Under the pieces are notes generated by a model. That model was not told the origin of the DNA and ran no database searches. It saw only the letters and a list, made by a program, of their open reading frames with translations. Position numbers and translations under genes: made by a program. Below, one piece after another: positions 49,505 through 62,200 of a DNA stretch of 64,000 nt (the first letter of the stretch is position 1; every line of letters starts with the position of its first letter). The DNA is taken from positions 38,812,001-38,876,000 of the forward strand of contig OZ336876.1 in the NCBI GenBank assembly GCA_965287045.1, written 5' to 3'. The DNA is from Carcharhinus amblyrhynchos (taxonomy: Eukaryota).

Positions 49505-50109
49505 GAGGACAATTTTGCCAAAAAGGTTCTAAGTCCCGAACGAGTGTGAAAATGGTACAGTTTCAGATCTGTTTATTCCGTGAGACCACAAGTCCAATTT
49601 TATGTCATTCTGTGAAAAAACAATGTTTCTTATTTGTCTGCTTCCTGCCAGCAGGGGGAGATGGCAGGGCCTAAACCAGAAAGCCGGCAGCTCACAGTAG
49701 AGGGCATAACCACGCATGCATAGATCTGTCTGTTCTGTGCAACAAAACAGAGAGACCTGTCAGTCACCTTCCACCCTGGAAAGTGACCTCTCCCCACTCC
49801 ACGGTCACTGGCCTCCTTGGCTGATCAGCCTCCCACTCACCCCTGGTTGATCGTCTCCCCATGCTGGCCCAATAAGGCCGCTAAGGCAAGTGAACTTGGA
49901 CAATTGCGTCCAAGGCTCACTAATAATATTTAAATCCACACTTAAATGGATTTAAATATTATAATCAGCCTCGTGCCCTTCCCAGATATCCGGGCCAGTA
50001 AGACCACAATACGCAAGAAATTGAGCATTAAACCGATTTTTTGCCTTTCTTGCAATCTTATTGCCTCGCCATACCCATTGACTGACAGAATGAGACTGTA
50101 ATATCGCCC
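49505..50109. mobile_element. Probable Harbinger-derived non-autonomous element
   Basis: Ends ggacaattttgcc and gtaatatcgccc are loosely inverted; internal palindrome atatttaaatcca..tggatttaaatat. Confidence 0.4.
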
Positions 50110-50614
50110 TCACCGAGCCTTAAAACCTCTTCATCATGTGCACTTTGCCCTTCCTTTCCACTGCTGAGTTTCTCTAAGCCCTGGAATTCTATGCACGATG
50201 TGTTAACTTCAAAAGAATGTTAAAATGAATTGACAATCCCCCATATTTCCATGTGACCATGATGTTAAATGCCAAGTTGCCTGTGCGACGCCACAAAGAG
50301 ATTTCTTCTGTATAGTCAAACGTACCTCAGTTAAACTTGGACGTGGACAAGTTGGAGCCAGTTTGCAGTTTGCTTCGGTTTTGTTCTTATATTAAATCCC
50401 ACCCATTATCCTTAGGGGTTAAAGTGCACCCTCCCCCCCTCCACCCCTCCCTCCAACGTACCCACCATTGTCTTTCAAGGGGGTCGCTAGCTAGAATTTT
50501 ACTGGCCCACTTGCAACGGGAATCGGAGTGGGTGATGGGTGGAGCATGAGAAGGTCCATTGACTTTAGAAGGGATTTCATGGTTTCCAGACAAGCGAAGC
50601 CATAAAATCCTGCC

Positions 50615-50890
50615 GGTTAAATCAGTGCTGTCTGCACTCTCAGGTGGAATGAAAAATATCCAATGTTTGGAAAAGAGCAGGGGGGAATGACCTGGTCAAC
50701 ATTTTTCCTTCAACGTCATAAAATGGATAATTCAGTTTTTGTCACGTTGTTGTCCTTTGGACTCCTTTTCATGAATTCTATATCCCTTCCTTATGACAAT
50801 GATTGATTTTTAAAAGTATTGCAATGACTGCAAAGCACTTTGGGATCGCTTTTCGTTGTGAGAAGTGCTTTATAAATAAAAGTTCTTTTT
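50615..50890 (+). mobile_element. DeuSINE (SacSINE1-like) 3' part
   Basis: ctctcaggtgga...gaaaagagcaggggg; tail aaagcactttgggat...gtgctttataaat; homologous to 17968-18404. Confidence 0.65.
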
Positions 50891-51610
50891 TTCCTTTCAA
50901 GCTTTCATTATTGCAGCCATCCAGCCCAATCCATCTTCTCTTCTCAGTCTGTATAGTTACTGGCTAGCGTTTTTGAAATGTACTAATAATGACTAAGAGT
51001 TTCAGACTCTTCCATCCAAGTTTTAGTTGACTGTTCCTTCTTTGTAAGTCAGTTGACCTCTCACGCTTTTCTGTTCTTTTCCTGCCCACTGCTGAGGACT
51101 TGCGATTGCATCACAGCATCAATGCTCAGTTGGGAGCTTGACTCATCTTTTCATTCTACTTTTCTGTGCAAGGCACTGCCTATGTATTTTTATCAGTAGC
51201 AATATTGATTTTAGTAGCAATTCATAGCCTAGTGTTGTTTCTGGCTGTTTCCTGGGAGCACAACACAGTAAGATAGTGGATTTGGTAGGGCCTGAAGATT
51301 GATTTGTACTGATTGATGTGAAAAAATGCCAGTACTTGGAGTGAAATGCTTTTTTAGTGAGCATTTAGTATTCCTGAGTTCAGTATGTCAGATGCAGGAT
51401 ATATTTCCATCAATACTAGACTGTTTTAAACGCAATTATGGGTTCATTAAACCCAATGTGCAAATATAAAAATGTTCATTTCCATATCATCCTTCAGGTG
51501 TTTGAGTCACTGTCAGTTCAATAGTTTTGAACTTACACTCACTAAGAGCTGCGAGGGAATCCTTGCAGCTTGTTTTCATCACACCAATTTGAGCTGCATT
51601 TGCATACAAA

Positions 51611-52022
51611 GTAAGAAGTCTGACAGCACCAGGTTTAAGTCCAACTGATTTATTTGATATTAAACTCACAAGCTTTCGGTGTTTCTCCCTTTGTCAGGTG
51701 AATGGAGAGTTCTGGCCTCAGACAGAGCATATAAAGCACAGTTTACAGATTAGTGATTAGAATGCGAGTCTTTACAACTAACCTGACTAACTAACAACTA
51801 ACTAAAGATTCGCATTCTAATCAGTAACCTGTAAACTGTCTGTGCTTTATATGCTCTGGCTGAGGCCAGAACTCTTCATTCACCTGACGAAGGGAGAAAC
51901 CCCGAAAGCTTGTGAGTTTACTATCGAATAAATCGGTTGGACTTCAACCTATTGTTGTCAGACTTCTTACTGTGTTTACCCCAGTCCAATGCCGGCATCT
52001 CCACATCATGACTACTATCGAC
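51611..52022. mobile_element. Fold-back non-autonomous Penelope-derived element with ~165-bp inverted arms and 12-bp TSD
   Basis: Arms 51610-51774 and 51803-51971; TSD tttgcatacaaa at 51599-51610 and 52023-52034; arms homologous to the PLE terminus at 21586-21750. Confidence 0.9.
51881..51914 (+). ncRNA. Minimal type I hammerhead ribozyme motif (Penelope-type)
   Basis: cac-CTGACGA-a-ggg(agaaac)ccc-GAAA-gc-TT-gtg: both core boxes, helix II, palindromic AAGCTT, helix I cac/gtg. Confidence 0.72.
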
Positions 52023-52111
52023 TTTGCATACAAAACCAGGAGTGAGAAGGCTGTGTTCTGCTGGGGTATCATTGTTTGTGGTGTTTGGCATTATTGTTTT
52101 CTGAAAGTGTT

Positions 52112-52410
52112 AAGTTTAAGTATTAGTGTCACAAGCAGACTTACATTTAACACTACGATGAAGTTACTGTGAAAATCCCCGAGTCACTACACGCCAGCAT
52201 CTATTTGGGTACACTGAGGGAGAATTTATCATGGCCAATGCACCTAAACCAGCGTGGCTTTTGGATTGTGGGAGGAATCCAGAGCACCCGGAGGAAAACC
52301 CACACAGATACAGAGAGAACGTGAAGATTGCACACAGACAGTGACCCAAGCTGAGAATTGAACCTGGGTCCCTGGTGCTTTGAGGCAGTAATGCTAACCA
52401 CTGTGCCACA
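52112..52410 (-). mobile_element. HE1-type SINE, tail variant 2
   Basis: Reverse complement of the 48367-48627 family. Confidence 0.87.
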
Positions 52411-54239
52411 ATTAAGAAGACAAATAACTGAAACAGTTTAAAAAAAAGACCAGCAGCAATCCAGCTCTATTAGTTAAACAATCCCAGGCAAAATAAACTA
52501 CAAAATGTCACAGTTGGTGCAAGTGTGGAGCCCGCAGGTAGGTCAGGATGAAATTAGCAAAATATTTCATTTACTATTCACACTCTTTTTAACTTGTATA
52601 AGAATAAATATTTAAACAGACACTCCAAATAATTAGTTTAAAAGGAATGGGCAGTCAAACTAAACTCATTAGAAAATCTGAAAAGGTGACATTGTGGTGA
52701 ACGCAGAATAAAAGCTCTGAGGGTGAATAAAGAATAAGCAATTTGTGTTTTTTTTAACTAAAGCTGTCTATAGGACATGATAATGACATTCCTACAATGT
52801 ATGGAGAACATTTCTCCAACCCAACTTTAAGAAGCTCAACAAGGGAGAGGTAACAATTAGTTTAGTAATTGAAATGAACCAGAGCAGATAACAGAAGTAA
52901 CAATAGTGGAACATCTAAGTAACAGTGATCATAATATGAATTGGTGAAAGATAATAACTGAGAAATACTTGTATAGAGGAGCTGATTTTGAGAGGGCTGA
53001 GTAGAACATGGGAAAATAAAATGGACAACAATTTTGGCAAATGATTATGTAGAGCATAAAAAGTGTCCAACAGAGTTTATCAACAGAAAAATTAAGAATG
53101 GACTAACAAGTAATAAGATACCATGAGTGCAATTGAATCCAGCCTGCTGAAGTGGGCAAGGTGTTAGGAAGACTCCGAGCATTGCAGAGGGGGCCGAACA
53201 TTCCCCCTCCTAGCAGAAGGAAAATATGCCCAGACTTAGTTAGCAACATGACAGGGCCGAGGCATGCAATGCACCTATTTGTGCCAGGAAGACTCATTAA
53301 TGAGCTACTTTTTTACAATTTTTATCGAGCACATTGTGATTTGATGGTACTGGCAATGTAATGTAAGTCACATGGTTCACTGGTGCCCGCAGAAACCCAC
53401 TGTGTTGGTAGTTTTTGAGTAGCTTGCCCGACCTGACCTGTATTTCTTGTTGGAGTTGACATCCATTTGATTGAGTTCCAGGCCAGATTTTGTATCCATG
53501 TAAAAATATCTTGAGCTGAAAGGGTCTGGAGTGCAATGCTGAGTGGCAGAGCTTCTCACAGGAAGCTCTCGTCTGAGAAGCAGAGGACACAGACACTTCA
53601 AGTAGCGTCACACAAGAGAAGAGCAGAGGGACAGATTCTTAAAATGCCAGCCTCCAGTCAGGTCAACCTGACAATTCTGAGAGATTTAACAATGGGAGTC
53701 AATTATTCTGCATTCACAACAGCTAGAAATGCTGCACAATAAAGCAAAAGACAAAACAGCAAGCTACTCTTCTGACAGAAGTCACTGGAGGCAGCACAAG
53801 GCCAGGCAGCCATATAGCAAGTGATCGCCAGGTGGAGGCATTCAATGTTACCTGCAGTTTGCTGGACAAAGATGATTTACTTGCAGATGACAAAGACTCT
53901 CTCTCGGGAAGCTGTGACCAACCAATTCACCTTCATTTCATCATCCGCTGGATGATGAATACCTCACACTCTCCGCCACATGGCCTGATCTCCTTCATTC
54001 ATTTGGTAAATGGATATGGTACAATAATAATGCTTTTTTTCCTTTTCATTCACATGTTTTAAGTCAGTCCGCCTTGTGTCCAATGAAGGGCATACACGCG
54101 ATGGGTCATACTGGGGTTGCTCTTGGTTGTTCGAGATTGGCCTAGTGCTTCATGTCGTTAGTGTGTGCCTATACTGGACCAGATACTGGGCAAGACGACA
54201 GCTCAGTGACTATTGCTGATTGCAGTGCAGACACATGGA

Positions 54240-54920
54240 TTTAGGCCGGTGTCTGTGGGAGTTTGCGCATTCTCCCTGTGCTTGCGTGGGTTTTCTCCGG
54301 GTGCTCCGATTTCCTCCCACACCCCAAAGATGTGCTGTTAGGCTGATTGGCAGGAATAAATTGTCTCTAAATCAGTTTCCCTCAATCTGGATGGCCATAA
54401 AACATTAGACAAGGGTCGTGGGTGGAGACGGGGACTGGTGGTGCTGAGATGGCGGCGCAGGCTCATTGGACCGAAGGGCCTGTTTCCCGGGCTGTTTTTG
54501 TTCTTTGCTCTTCTTTGTTCTTTATCCCACTTCCAGGCTCTCATCCTCTTTCCACAACCACTCCCCAGTCTTTCCTTATCCAATCTCTCCTCATCACTAA
54601 CGTCTGTGATTCTCAAGTCCCAAATTCTGCCCTCTGATTGTTCCCCTCCAGCCCCAATAGCATCTTCTCTGACCGCTTCTTGCCTGATAACCATTCTCAC
54701 CTTCATCCAAAGAGTGGTGAGAATGTGGAACTTACTATTAGATGGAGTAGTTGATGTGAATAATCTGGATGCATTTAAAGGGAAGGTTCAATAAGCATAT
54801 GAAGGAGGATGAGAAAGAAGGATATGTTTATTGGGATAGATGGGGATGGATGGGAAGAGACTGAAGCATAAATACCAGGATGCGCAGATTGGGTTGAATG
54901 GCCTGTTCCTGTGTCATCTA
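54240..54920 (+). mobile_element. Old V-SINE-like fragment followed by a CR1 3' fragment
   Basis: gtgggagtttgcgcattctccctgtg core; FIQRVVRMWNLL..AFKGK at 54700-54790. Confidence 0.65.
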
Positions 54921-56371
54921 TTTTTGTATTTTTATGCTTCCAAAATAATGCTATGAAAAGTATGAGTGGAAATGAATTTCTTCTGAAGTCTTTACCATTA
55001 TGGGAGGTGAATGTTCCTCGGGATTCTCCTGCTTCCCTGTATAACTTTGACTGATGAGACATGGAAACCATGGGAAAATGGCAGAATAATTCTTCCACCA
55101 AAATTACAGTGAAGAAGCTGAAGAAACATTTGCAAGCTGACATTGTGGAAGGTATGTACAGAGGATTACAATTGAGATAATTTGGGTAAATGCTTGAAGC
55201 TTTTATATGAGTCCTCAAAACAATTTAGCTTAATTTAATTTCTCGTCCAACTATCAGCTCCACAGGCACAAAATTGTTTCAGACAATTTGGTGATCATGA
55301 GTTTTTCAGAAGAAATGACGGTTGAGTTTTAAAGGATCTGTGGCTAGTAAATTTGAAACATTGAATAACGTGGTTAGGTAATAGTAAAACAGGACAGCTT
55401 TTGTTACGGAACCGCCTCTTCAGTCCATGGTTCACCTCTAATCAGAATGTCTCTTTTCAATAATAAATGCATTTTGGTTGGTAAAATGGAGCAGAAATAA
55501 ATTGTCAAGAGACGGCATTACATTTCTTGAAATTGTGCGACACATGTCCAAATAATAAGAACTGCTGGACCTATAACAATGATCCCCATGGCAACATCAA
55601 AGGAAGTTTAATCAAGCAATTAAATTTTGTGCCAGTTTGAGGAGATATTGCTCTTTTAAATGTGATTTTGAATGATTTGCTTTGGAATATAATTAGCTGT
55701 GCCTTTGTGGCCATTTTCTGCAAAGATTTTTCTTTGATGGAAATTGAAGCTATTAAGCACATCTGTGAGTGTATCAAACACCCAGAGGTCAAATGCAGCT
55801 TTGTGTGACAAAAATAATGCATATTTATGTTATTGGTGAAAAGATTAAAAATGGTATGACTTGATAAATCCTGATAATGAGCAAAAATCTGATTTTGAAG
55901 AATATTTCCCAACAAAGCCACCTTCAAACATTAAAATTAGCCAATATGTAAGCATTATTTCTAGTATCATCTTGAACATAACTGAAGTAGCAATCAAACA
56001 CACTCCTCTATTCATGGGAAGGCTTGACATATTCATTTGTACAAACAATGAAGAGAAAATACACTTTCAACCCTACTTAGCTCTTTCAAACTCAAAACCT
56101 GGGTTTTCAGTGACACTTATTGATATTCACTTTCTTTGATGCTAATCGAATTTGAGTTTTTTGTCAATGTAGTTACTAATCTTTTTAGTTTTGTGTACTC
56201 ATTCGCTGGTTACTTTTGTCTATTGCAAATTGAAACTTGGGTAGGGTTTGCAGGTTAGAAGGTTTGTTTTAATCTAACATTTATCACACCACCCCACATT
56301 TGATCCCTTCCTTTCATCATTTAGTTTATTACCTTATCTAAACAACTCACCGGTTTTCTGGCGAGTTGTCA

Positions 56372-57105
56372 GAATGCGGATTACAGGGTCAATGGCAGGG
56401 TTCTGAGGAATGTGGAGGAACAGAGAGATCTTGGGGTTCATATCCACAGATCTCTGAAGGTTGCCGCTCAAGTGGATAGAGCCGTGAAGAAGGCTTATAG
56501 TGTGTTAGCATTTATTAACAGGGGGTTTGAGTTTAAGAGCCATGGGGTTATGCTGCAACCATACTGGACCTTGGCAAGACCACATTTGGAATATTGTGTG
56601 CAGTTTTGGTCACCTCACTATAAGAAGGATATGGAAGCATTGGAGAGAGTGCAGAGGAGATTCACCAGGATGCTGCCTGGTTTTGAGGGTAGCTCTTATG
56701 AGGAAAGGTTGAGAGAGCTGGGGCTTTTCTCTTTAGAGAGGTGGAGGATGAGAGGCAACTTAATAGAGGTTTATAAATGATGAGGGGGATAGATAAAGTG
56801 GATGTTCAGAGACTATTTTCTCGGGTGGATGTAGCTGTTACTAAGGGGCATAACTATAAGGTTCATGGTGGGAGATACAGGAGGGATGTCCGAGGTAGTT
56901 TCTTTACTCAGAGTGGTTGGGGTGTAGAATGCACTGCCTGCTGTGATAGTGGAGTCGGACACTTTAGGAACTTTCAAGCGGTTATTGGATAGGCACATGG
57001 AGCACGCCAGAATGATAGGGAGTGGGATAGCTTGATCTTGGGTTCGGACATAGCTCAGCACAACATCGAGGGCCGAAGGGCCTGTACTGTTCTATGTTCT
57101 ATGTT
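56372..57105 (+). mobile_element. 5'-truncated CR1 LINE of a different subfamily, (TTCTATG)n tail
   Basis: EQRDLGVHIHRSLK..RPHLEYCVQFWSP..LERVQRRFTRMLP; tail gttctatgttctatg. Confidence 0.92.
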
Positions 57106-57154
57106 GTATAACTAGAATGTTTGAGGGGGTTTTAAAATAAATAGTGAGAAAGTA

Positions 57155-57398
57155 AAAGTTTATTTATTAGTCGCAAGTGAGGCTTACATTAGCACTGCAA
57201 TGAAGTTACTGTGAAATTCCCCTAGTCGCTACACTTCGGCGCCTGTTCGGGTCAAAGCACCTAACTAGTGCGTCTTTCAGAATGTGGGAGGAAATCCAAG
57301 CTGAAGCATGGAGAATGTGCAAAGTCCACACAGTGACCCAAGCTGGGAATTGAACCCGAGTCCCTGATGCTGTGAGGCAGCAGTGCTAACCACTGTGT
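57155..57398 (-). mobile_element. HE1-type SINE, tail variant 2
   Basis: Matches 52112-52410. Confidence 0.85.
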
Positions 57399-57554
57399 CG
57401 AGGGTATGGGATCAAGTGTGGGAAGGTGGGATAAATTACAGAGACAGGGCCAGGCAAAAGAGTAAGGTTGCAAGAAAGGAAATGATAATCAGAGTGATAA
57501 TCAGAGCCAACAGATAAGGCTAAGGGTCACAACAATAGTTAAAGGACAGGATAA

Positions 57555-58815
57555 AAGTCTCTGTATCTAAATACTTAGATCATAGATGGCAAAGCAGATG
57601 AGTTGAGAGTGCAAATAGAAATAAATATACATGATCTGATAGCCATTACAGAAACATTGCTGCAAGGTGACATTGGCTGGTACCTGAATACTCAAGGGTA
57701 CATGTTATTTCAAAATGAGAGGAACCAGGAAAAGATAAAAGGGTAGCTCTGTTAACTACAGATGACACTAGTGCATTTGAGAGCAATGACCTTCATTCTA
57801 AAGATCAAGATGTTGAATTAGCTTGGAAAGAAATAAGAAATGATAAATGTAGAAAGTCATTTATGCGCTCCCTATTAGTAACTACAATGGGAAGGGTGGA
57901 ATAAACAGAAGTGATAAACACTGGTGATTTTAATCTACATATAGTTTTAATGGATCAGATTGGCAAAGACAGCCCGGAAGATGAGTTCCTCAAGAGTTTT
58001 GGTTGGTTTCTTAGAGCAGCACATTCTAGTCAACCATAGAGCAGGCTGGTCTAAATCTGGCAATGTGCAACAAAACAGGATTTATTAAAGATGTTCTAGG
58101 TAGCAGTGATTGTAACATAACTGAATTTTGCGTACAATTTGAGGGAGTAGGCATAAATGGGTCATATTCAGGTTGATAAGATACAATCGGTGGAGTGCCA
58201 CAGGAATTGGTGTCGGGACTTCAATTATCTATAATTTATATCAATGACTTGGATGAAGGGACTGAATGTATAGTTGATAGCTTTGCCAATGACACAAAAA
58301 TAGGTAGGAAAATAAATCGTGAAGAGGACATAAGTGGTCTGCTAAGGAATATAAATATGTTAAGTAAGTGGACAAAATTTTGATTGATGGAGCATAATGT
58401 AGGAAAATGTCCGCTATGGCAGGAATAATGAAAAAATAATACATTTCCAAAATGGATCCTGAGGTAGCTTGACAGAATGGATGCTGAATGTATGTTTCCA
58501 CTTGTGGGAAATGTGAGAACTAGGTGACACATTTAAAAATGAGGGGTCTCCAATTTAAGATGGAGATAAGGAAGCACTTTTTTTCTGTGTTGTGAATCTG
58601 TGGAATTCTCTTCCTCAGCAAGTGTTGAGACAGGGTAATGGAACATTTTTAAGTCAGAGATAGATAGATTGACTAACAAGGGAATCATGGGTATCAGGCC
58701 TAGGTAGGACATTGGCATTGAGGCCACAATCTGATCAGCCATGATGTATTGACTGGCAAAGCAGACTTGATGGGCTAAATGGCCAATTCCTGCTCCTAAT
58801 TTGTATGTTCTTATA
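57555..58815 (+). mobile_element. Old, internally deleted CR1 (EN and RT remnants plus tail)
   Basis: LIAITETL EN motif; VPQELVSGLQL.IIYINDL..FANDTK; tail ttgtatgttcttat. Confidence 0.82.
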
Positions 58816-59999
58816 TAAAGCCAATAGGCCACTTCTATTCTAAAATAAAAGTTAAATGCTGCAGATGTTGGAGATCTGAAATAGAAAGTTATTCAGTTTT
58901 CCAGTGTTTTCTGATTTTACTTCAGTCCTCTTCTATGTTTTGTATTTGTGGGTGTGGTAATAAGCAGATTTTTTAAAAAATAAATTCTACTAAATGTAGA
59001 AAGTGGACAATTAAATAAGTTCGCTGAATTTTAAGTGGTACAAAGTGTTGTTATGCTGTATATTAGCATCTAATTATGTTGGAGTACTAGTATTGTGTAG
59101 AATAATTTCATCCCAGCAGAGATTAAAGAACAAAGGTGAAGGTGACATTGAACAAGATGAGTGCTGCCCCCTGAACCAAATAATGTATTCCATGATGCAT
59201 TGGGGATATTTGCAATGTTGGGAAGTCGTATAAAATGGGCAATATCCGATCATCTGCTGATTATACAACATTCCTGATTTTGATTGGCATGTATGATGGG
59301 TATCTGATCTTCATCGTCCATTTAACAATATTGCCCACAATCAAAATTAACCACATCACTTTTTCAAATCCACATACCTAAACTGCTGAGGAAGATGTTT
59401 GAGCTCAGCAGAAATTGCGTGCGAGTACAAGCTGTTTTACACAGAATGGCGTTACCTGTGCGCAGACAGCACTTATGAAATTATTTTCTTCACTTCATTA
59501 ATGTCAATGGAAAACTGCTTATGAGTAGGAAGTGAAAATCACCATTTTATATCTAAATTTCCCATAATATTAGTGAACAGTACAAAACATAGAAGAACAT
59601 GAAATTCCTAGAATCTACATGGATAAAAATATTGAGGATTCTTTGTTCAGTTTGTTATCACCATAAACACTGTAGCCATCACTGCCACTGACCGGTCACA
59701 GAAGAAAGTATTACAATACATTGTGTTATATTATTTTGCAGATCTGCTAGAATAAAGTATTTCTCATACTTTCAATGGGGGAGCAATACTTGCAGGAGGC
59801 ACATCATTTTAAACTGTGGGCACAGAACCCATGCTGTTTTGCTCATTCAAGTAAATGAATGAAAAAAAAATTCCTTATGATTTCTTGCAATGCATCCCTT
59901 GGGAATGCTGGGAGTGCTAGACTGAGGAATTGGTCTGATGGTTTTGATTGCATATTAAGTTGTCTACTATAATCTCTGTGCTGGTGACCTCCTTAATAC

Positions 60000-60860
60000 A
60001 CCCATGGGCATAAAACTGGCTGACAGAACACTTTACCAGTACTAGCTTGGAAAATGCCTAATACATGAAAATTGAGAGTCAAATTGACTTTGACTGCTGA
60101 GAAATGTGAAGCTGCTGTCCCTGTTCTAGGAATGAGAGGTTTTGGAGATTTACTCAGTATTGAAGTGTCCTTGATCGAAGTACTGTCTTCCACAGTCGTT
60201 CTGGTATTGTCAAGTTCTCAGGAATGTCTCGGTCTCAGCTTGGTGCGGACTCTTGGTTGACTATGTTCCTGGAAAATTGTTTCTAATTGCGAAAAGTTGA
60301 TCAGCGTGTCTTCTCCACATTACATCATTCTGAGTTTTCATATGTTGGAGATTGGTTCTCTCTGTACTAATATGATGGCAGTTATCCAATTCTCATTTGT
60401 GGTATAGTTCCTTGCCAATAATTCCTGTCTTTTTTGAAGAATATGATGTTTAGCCTTGTTCTTGCATCACAAAACCTGACTTTGCCATTTCCTCTTAACA
60501 ACTGTTTTTGTCTTAGCAGACTTCAGCAAATCAAATGCTGAGTGTAACTGACATTTCACTATTAGTAATGTCAGAGTTGTTGAATGTGCTACATTGGATG
60601 TGTTGTATTCCTTAACATTGGTGGAATGATGATCCTCATTCCCCACAATCACCCTAGATGGATATTTTGAGCCTTCGGATAACATATGGCTTCCACTTGG
60701 GTTTGTTCCCATGGTTTTTCCAAGAATCACTATGCCCATAACCCTGTGGCTGTGGTGGATCATTTCGGGTATATCCCTTCACTTGTCCTGTGTTGACAGG
60801 AGTTTTATCACCGTTTTCAAAACGGAAAATATTACAGTTGAACTATTCGTTGACAATTCA
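60000..60860 (-). mobile_element. Gypsy LTR retrotransposon integrase relic
   Basis: Minus strand MIHHSH..MGIV, KPWEQ, LARNYTTNENWITAII...VMWRRHADQL resemble Gypsy integrase N- and C-terminal motifs. Confidence 0.65.
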
Positions 60861-61113
60861 TGAGGAGAGATAATCTGGAGAGCCCAACAGCATTCCCATG
60901 GAGATTTTTATATTATGTCATGTATGTTTGTGCTGACAACAGCAATGTCCATCTCAGCATCCAGCTCACTGCTAGCTCCTTCAGAGGTTACATGTGGAGG
61001 CCTGGCATTGATGCCATCATCGAGAGTCTGGTCAAGCATTGTGAACAGTGCCAAGTACAATAAAGATTGCCTGCTGCTTGGCCAGCCATAGTACAAATCC
61101 ATATTAATTATGT

Positions 61114-62200
61114 TAAGAACATAAGAAATAGGAGCAGGAGTAGGCCATCTAGCCCTTCGAGCCTGCCCCACCATTCAATAAGATCATGGCTGTTCTGTCG
61201 CTGCTCAGTTCCACTTTCCCGCCCTCTCCCCATAACCCTTAATCCCCTCTCTTATCAAAAACCCATCAACCCGCGTCTTAAAAATATTTAGCGAGGCAGC
61301 CTCCACCACTTCAACGGGCAGAGAATTCCAGAGATTCACCACCCTTTGAGTGAAGAAGTTCCTCCTCAACTCCGTTCTAAACCGCCCCCCTTTTATCTTG
61401 AGGCTGTGCCCCCTAGTCCTACTGTCTTTTTTGAGCGGGAAGAGTCTTTCCACCTCTATCCTATCCATCCCATTCATCATCTTATAAGTCTCAATGAGAT
61501 CTCCCTTCATTCTTCTAAACTCTAACGAGTACAAGCCCAGTTTATTCAGCCTCTCTTCATAGCTCAACCCCCTCAACTCCGGTATCAGCCTAGTAAACCT
61601 CCTCTGCACTCCCTCCAAGGCCAAAATATCTTTGCGCAGGTGCGGTGCCCAAAACTGCACACAGTACTCCAGCTGCGGCCTCACCAATGCCCTATACAGC
61701 TGCAGCAAGACCTCCCTACTTTTATATTCAATCCCCCTCGCTATGAAGGCCAGCATCCCATTCGCCTTCCTGACCACCTGCTGCACCTGCAAGCTGGGTT
61801 TTTGCGACTCATGCACAAGGACCCCGAGGTCCCTCTGCACCGTCGCCTGCTGCAGTTTTTCGCACCGTAAGTAATAGTCCTTCCTACCATTCTTCCTACC
61901 AAAGTGGACCACCTCACACTTGCCAACATTAAATTCCATTTGCCATTTCCTGGCCCATTCGCCCAGCCTATCTAGATCCTTCTGCAGACTCTCCACACCC
62001 TCCGCACAATTTGCCGTTCCCCCAATCTTGGTGTCATCAGCAAATTTCGACACCCTACACTTGGTTTCCTCCTCCAGATCATCTATATAAATGGTAAAAA
62101 GCTGAGGCCCCAGCACCGACCCCTGAGGCACTCCACTAGTCACCATCTGCCAATCCGAATAGCACCCGTTGACCCCCACTCTCTGCCTCCTATTTGACAA
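61114..62200 (-). mobile_element. Young CR1 LINE 3' segment (intact 331-aa RT C-half plus tail)
   Basis: ORF 61205-62200 [15 protein letters not shown]; tail on - at 61114; nearly identical to 12977-14061. Confidence 0.97.

Noticed and set aside
51775-51802. (CTAA)-rich spacer as telomeric repeat
   Set aside because: No CCCTAA units; more likely junction filler of the fold-back element
55852-55953. Exon-like frame WYDLINPDNEQKSDFEEYF ending at gtaagc
   Set aside because: In-frame TAA at 55846 with no AG acceptor between it and the start of the frame
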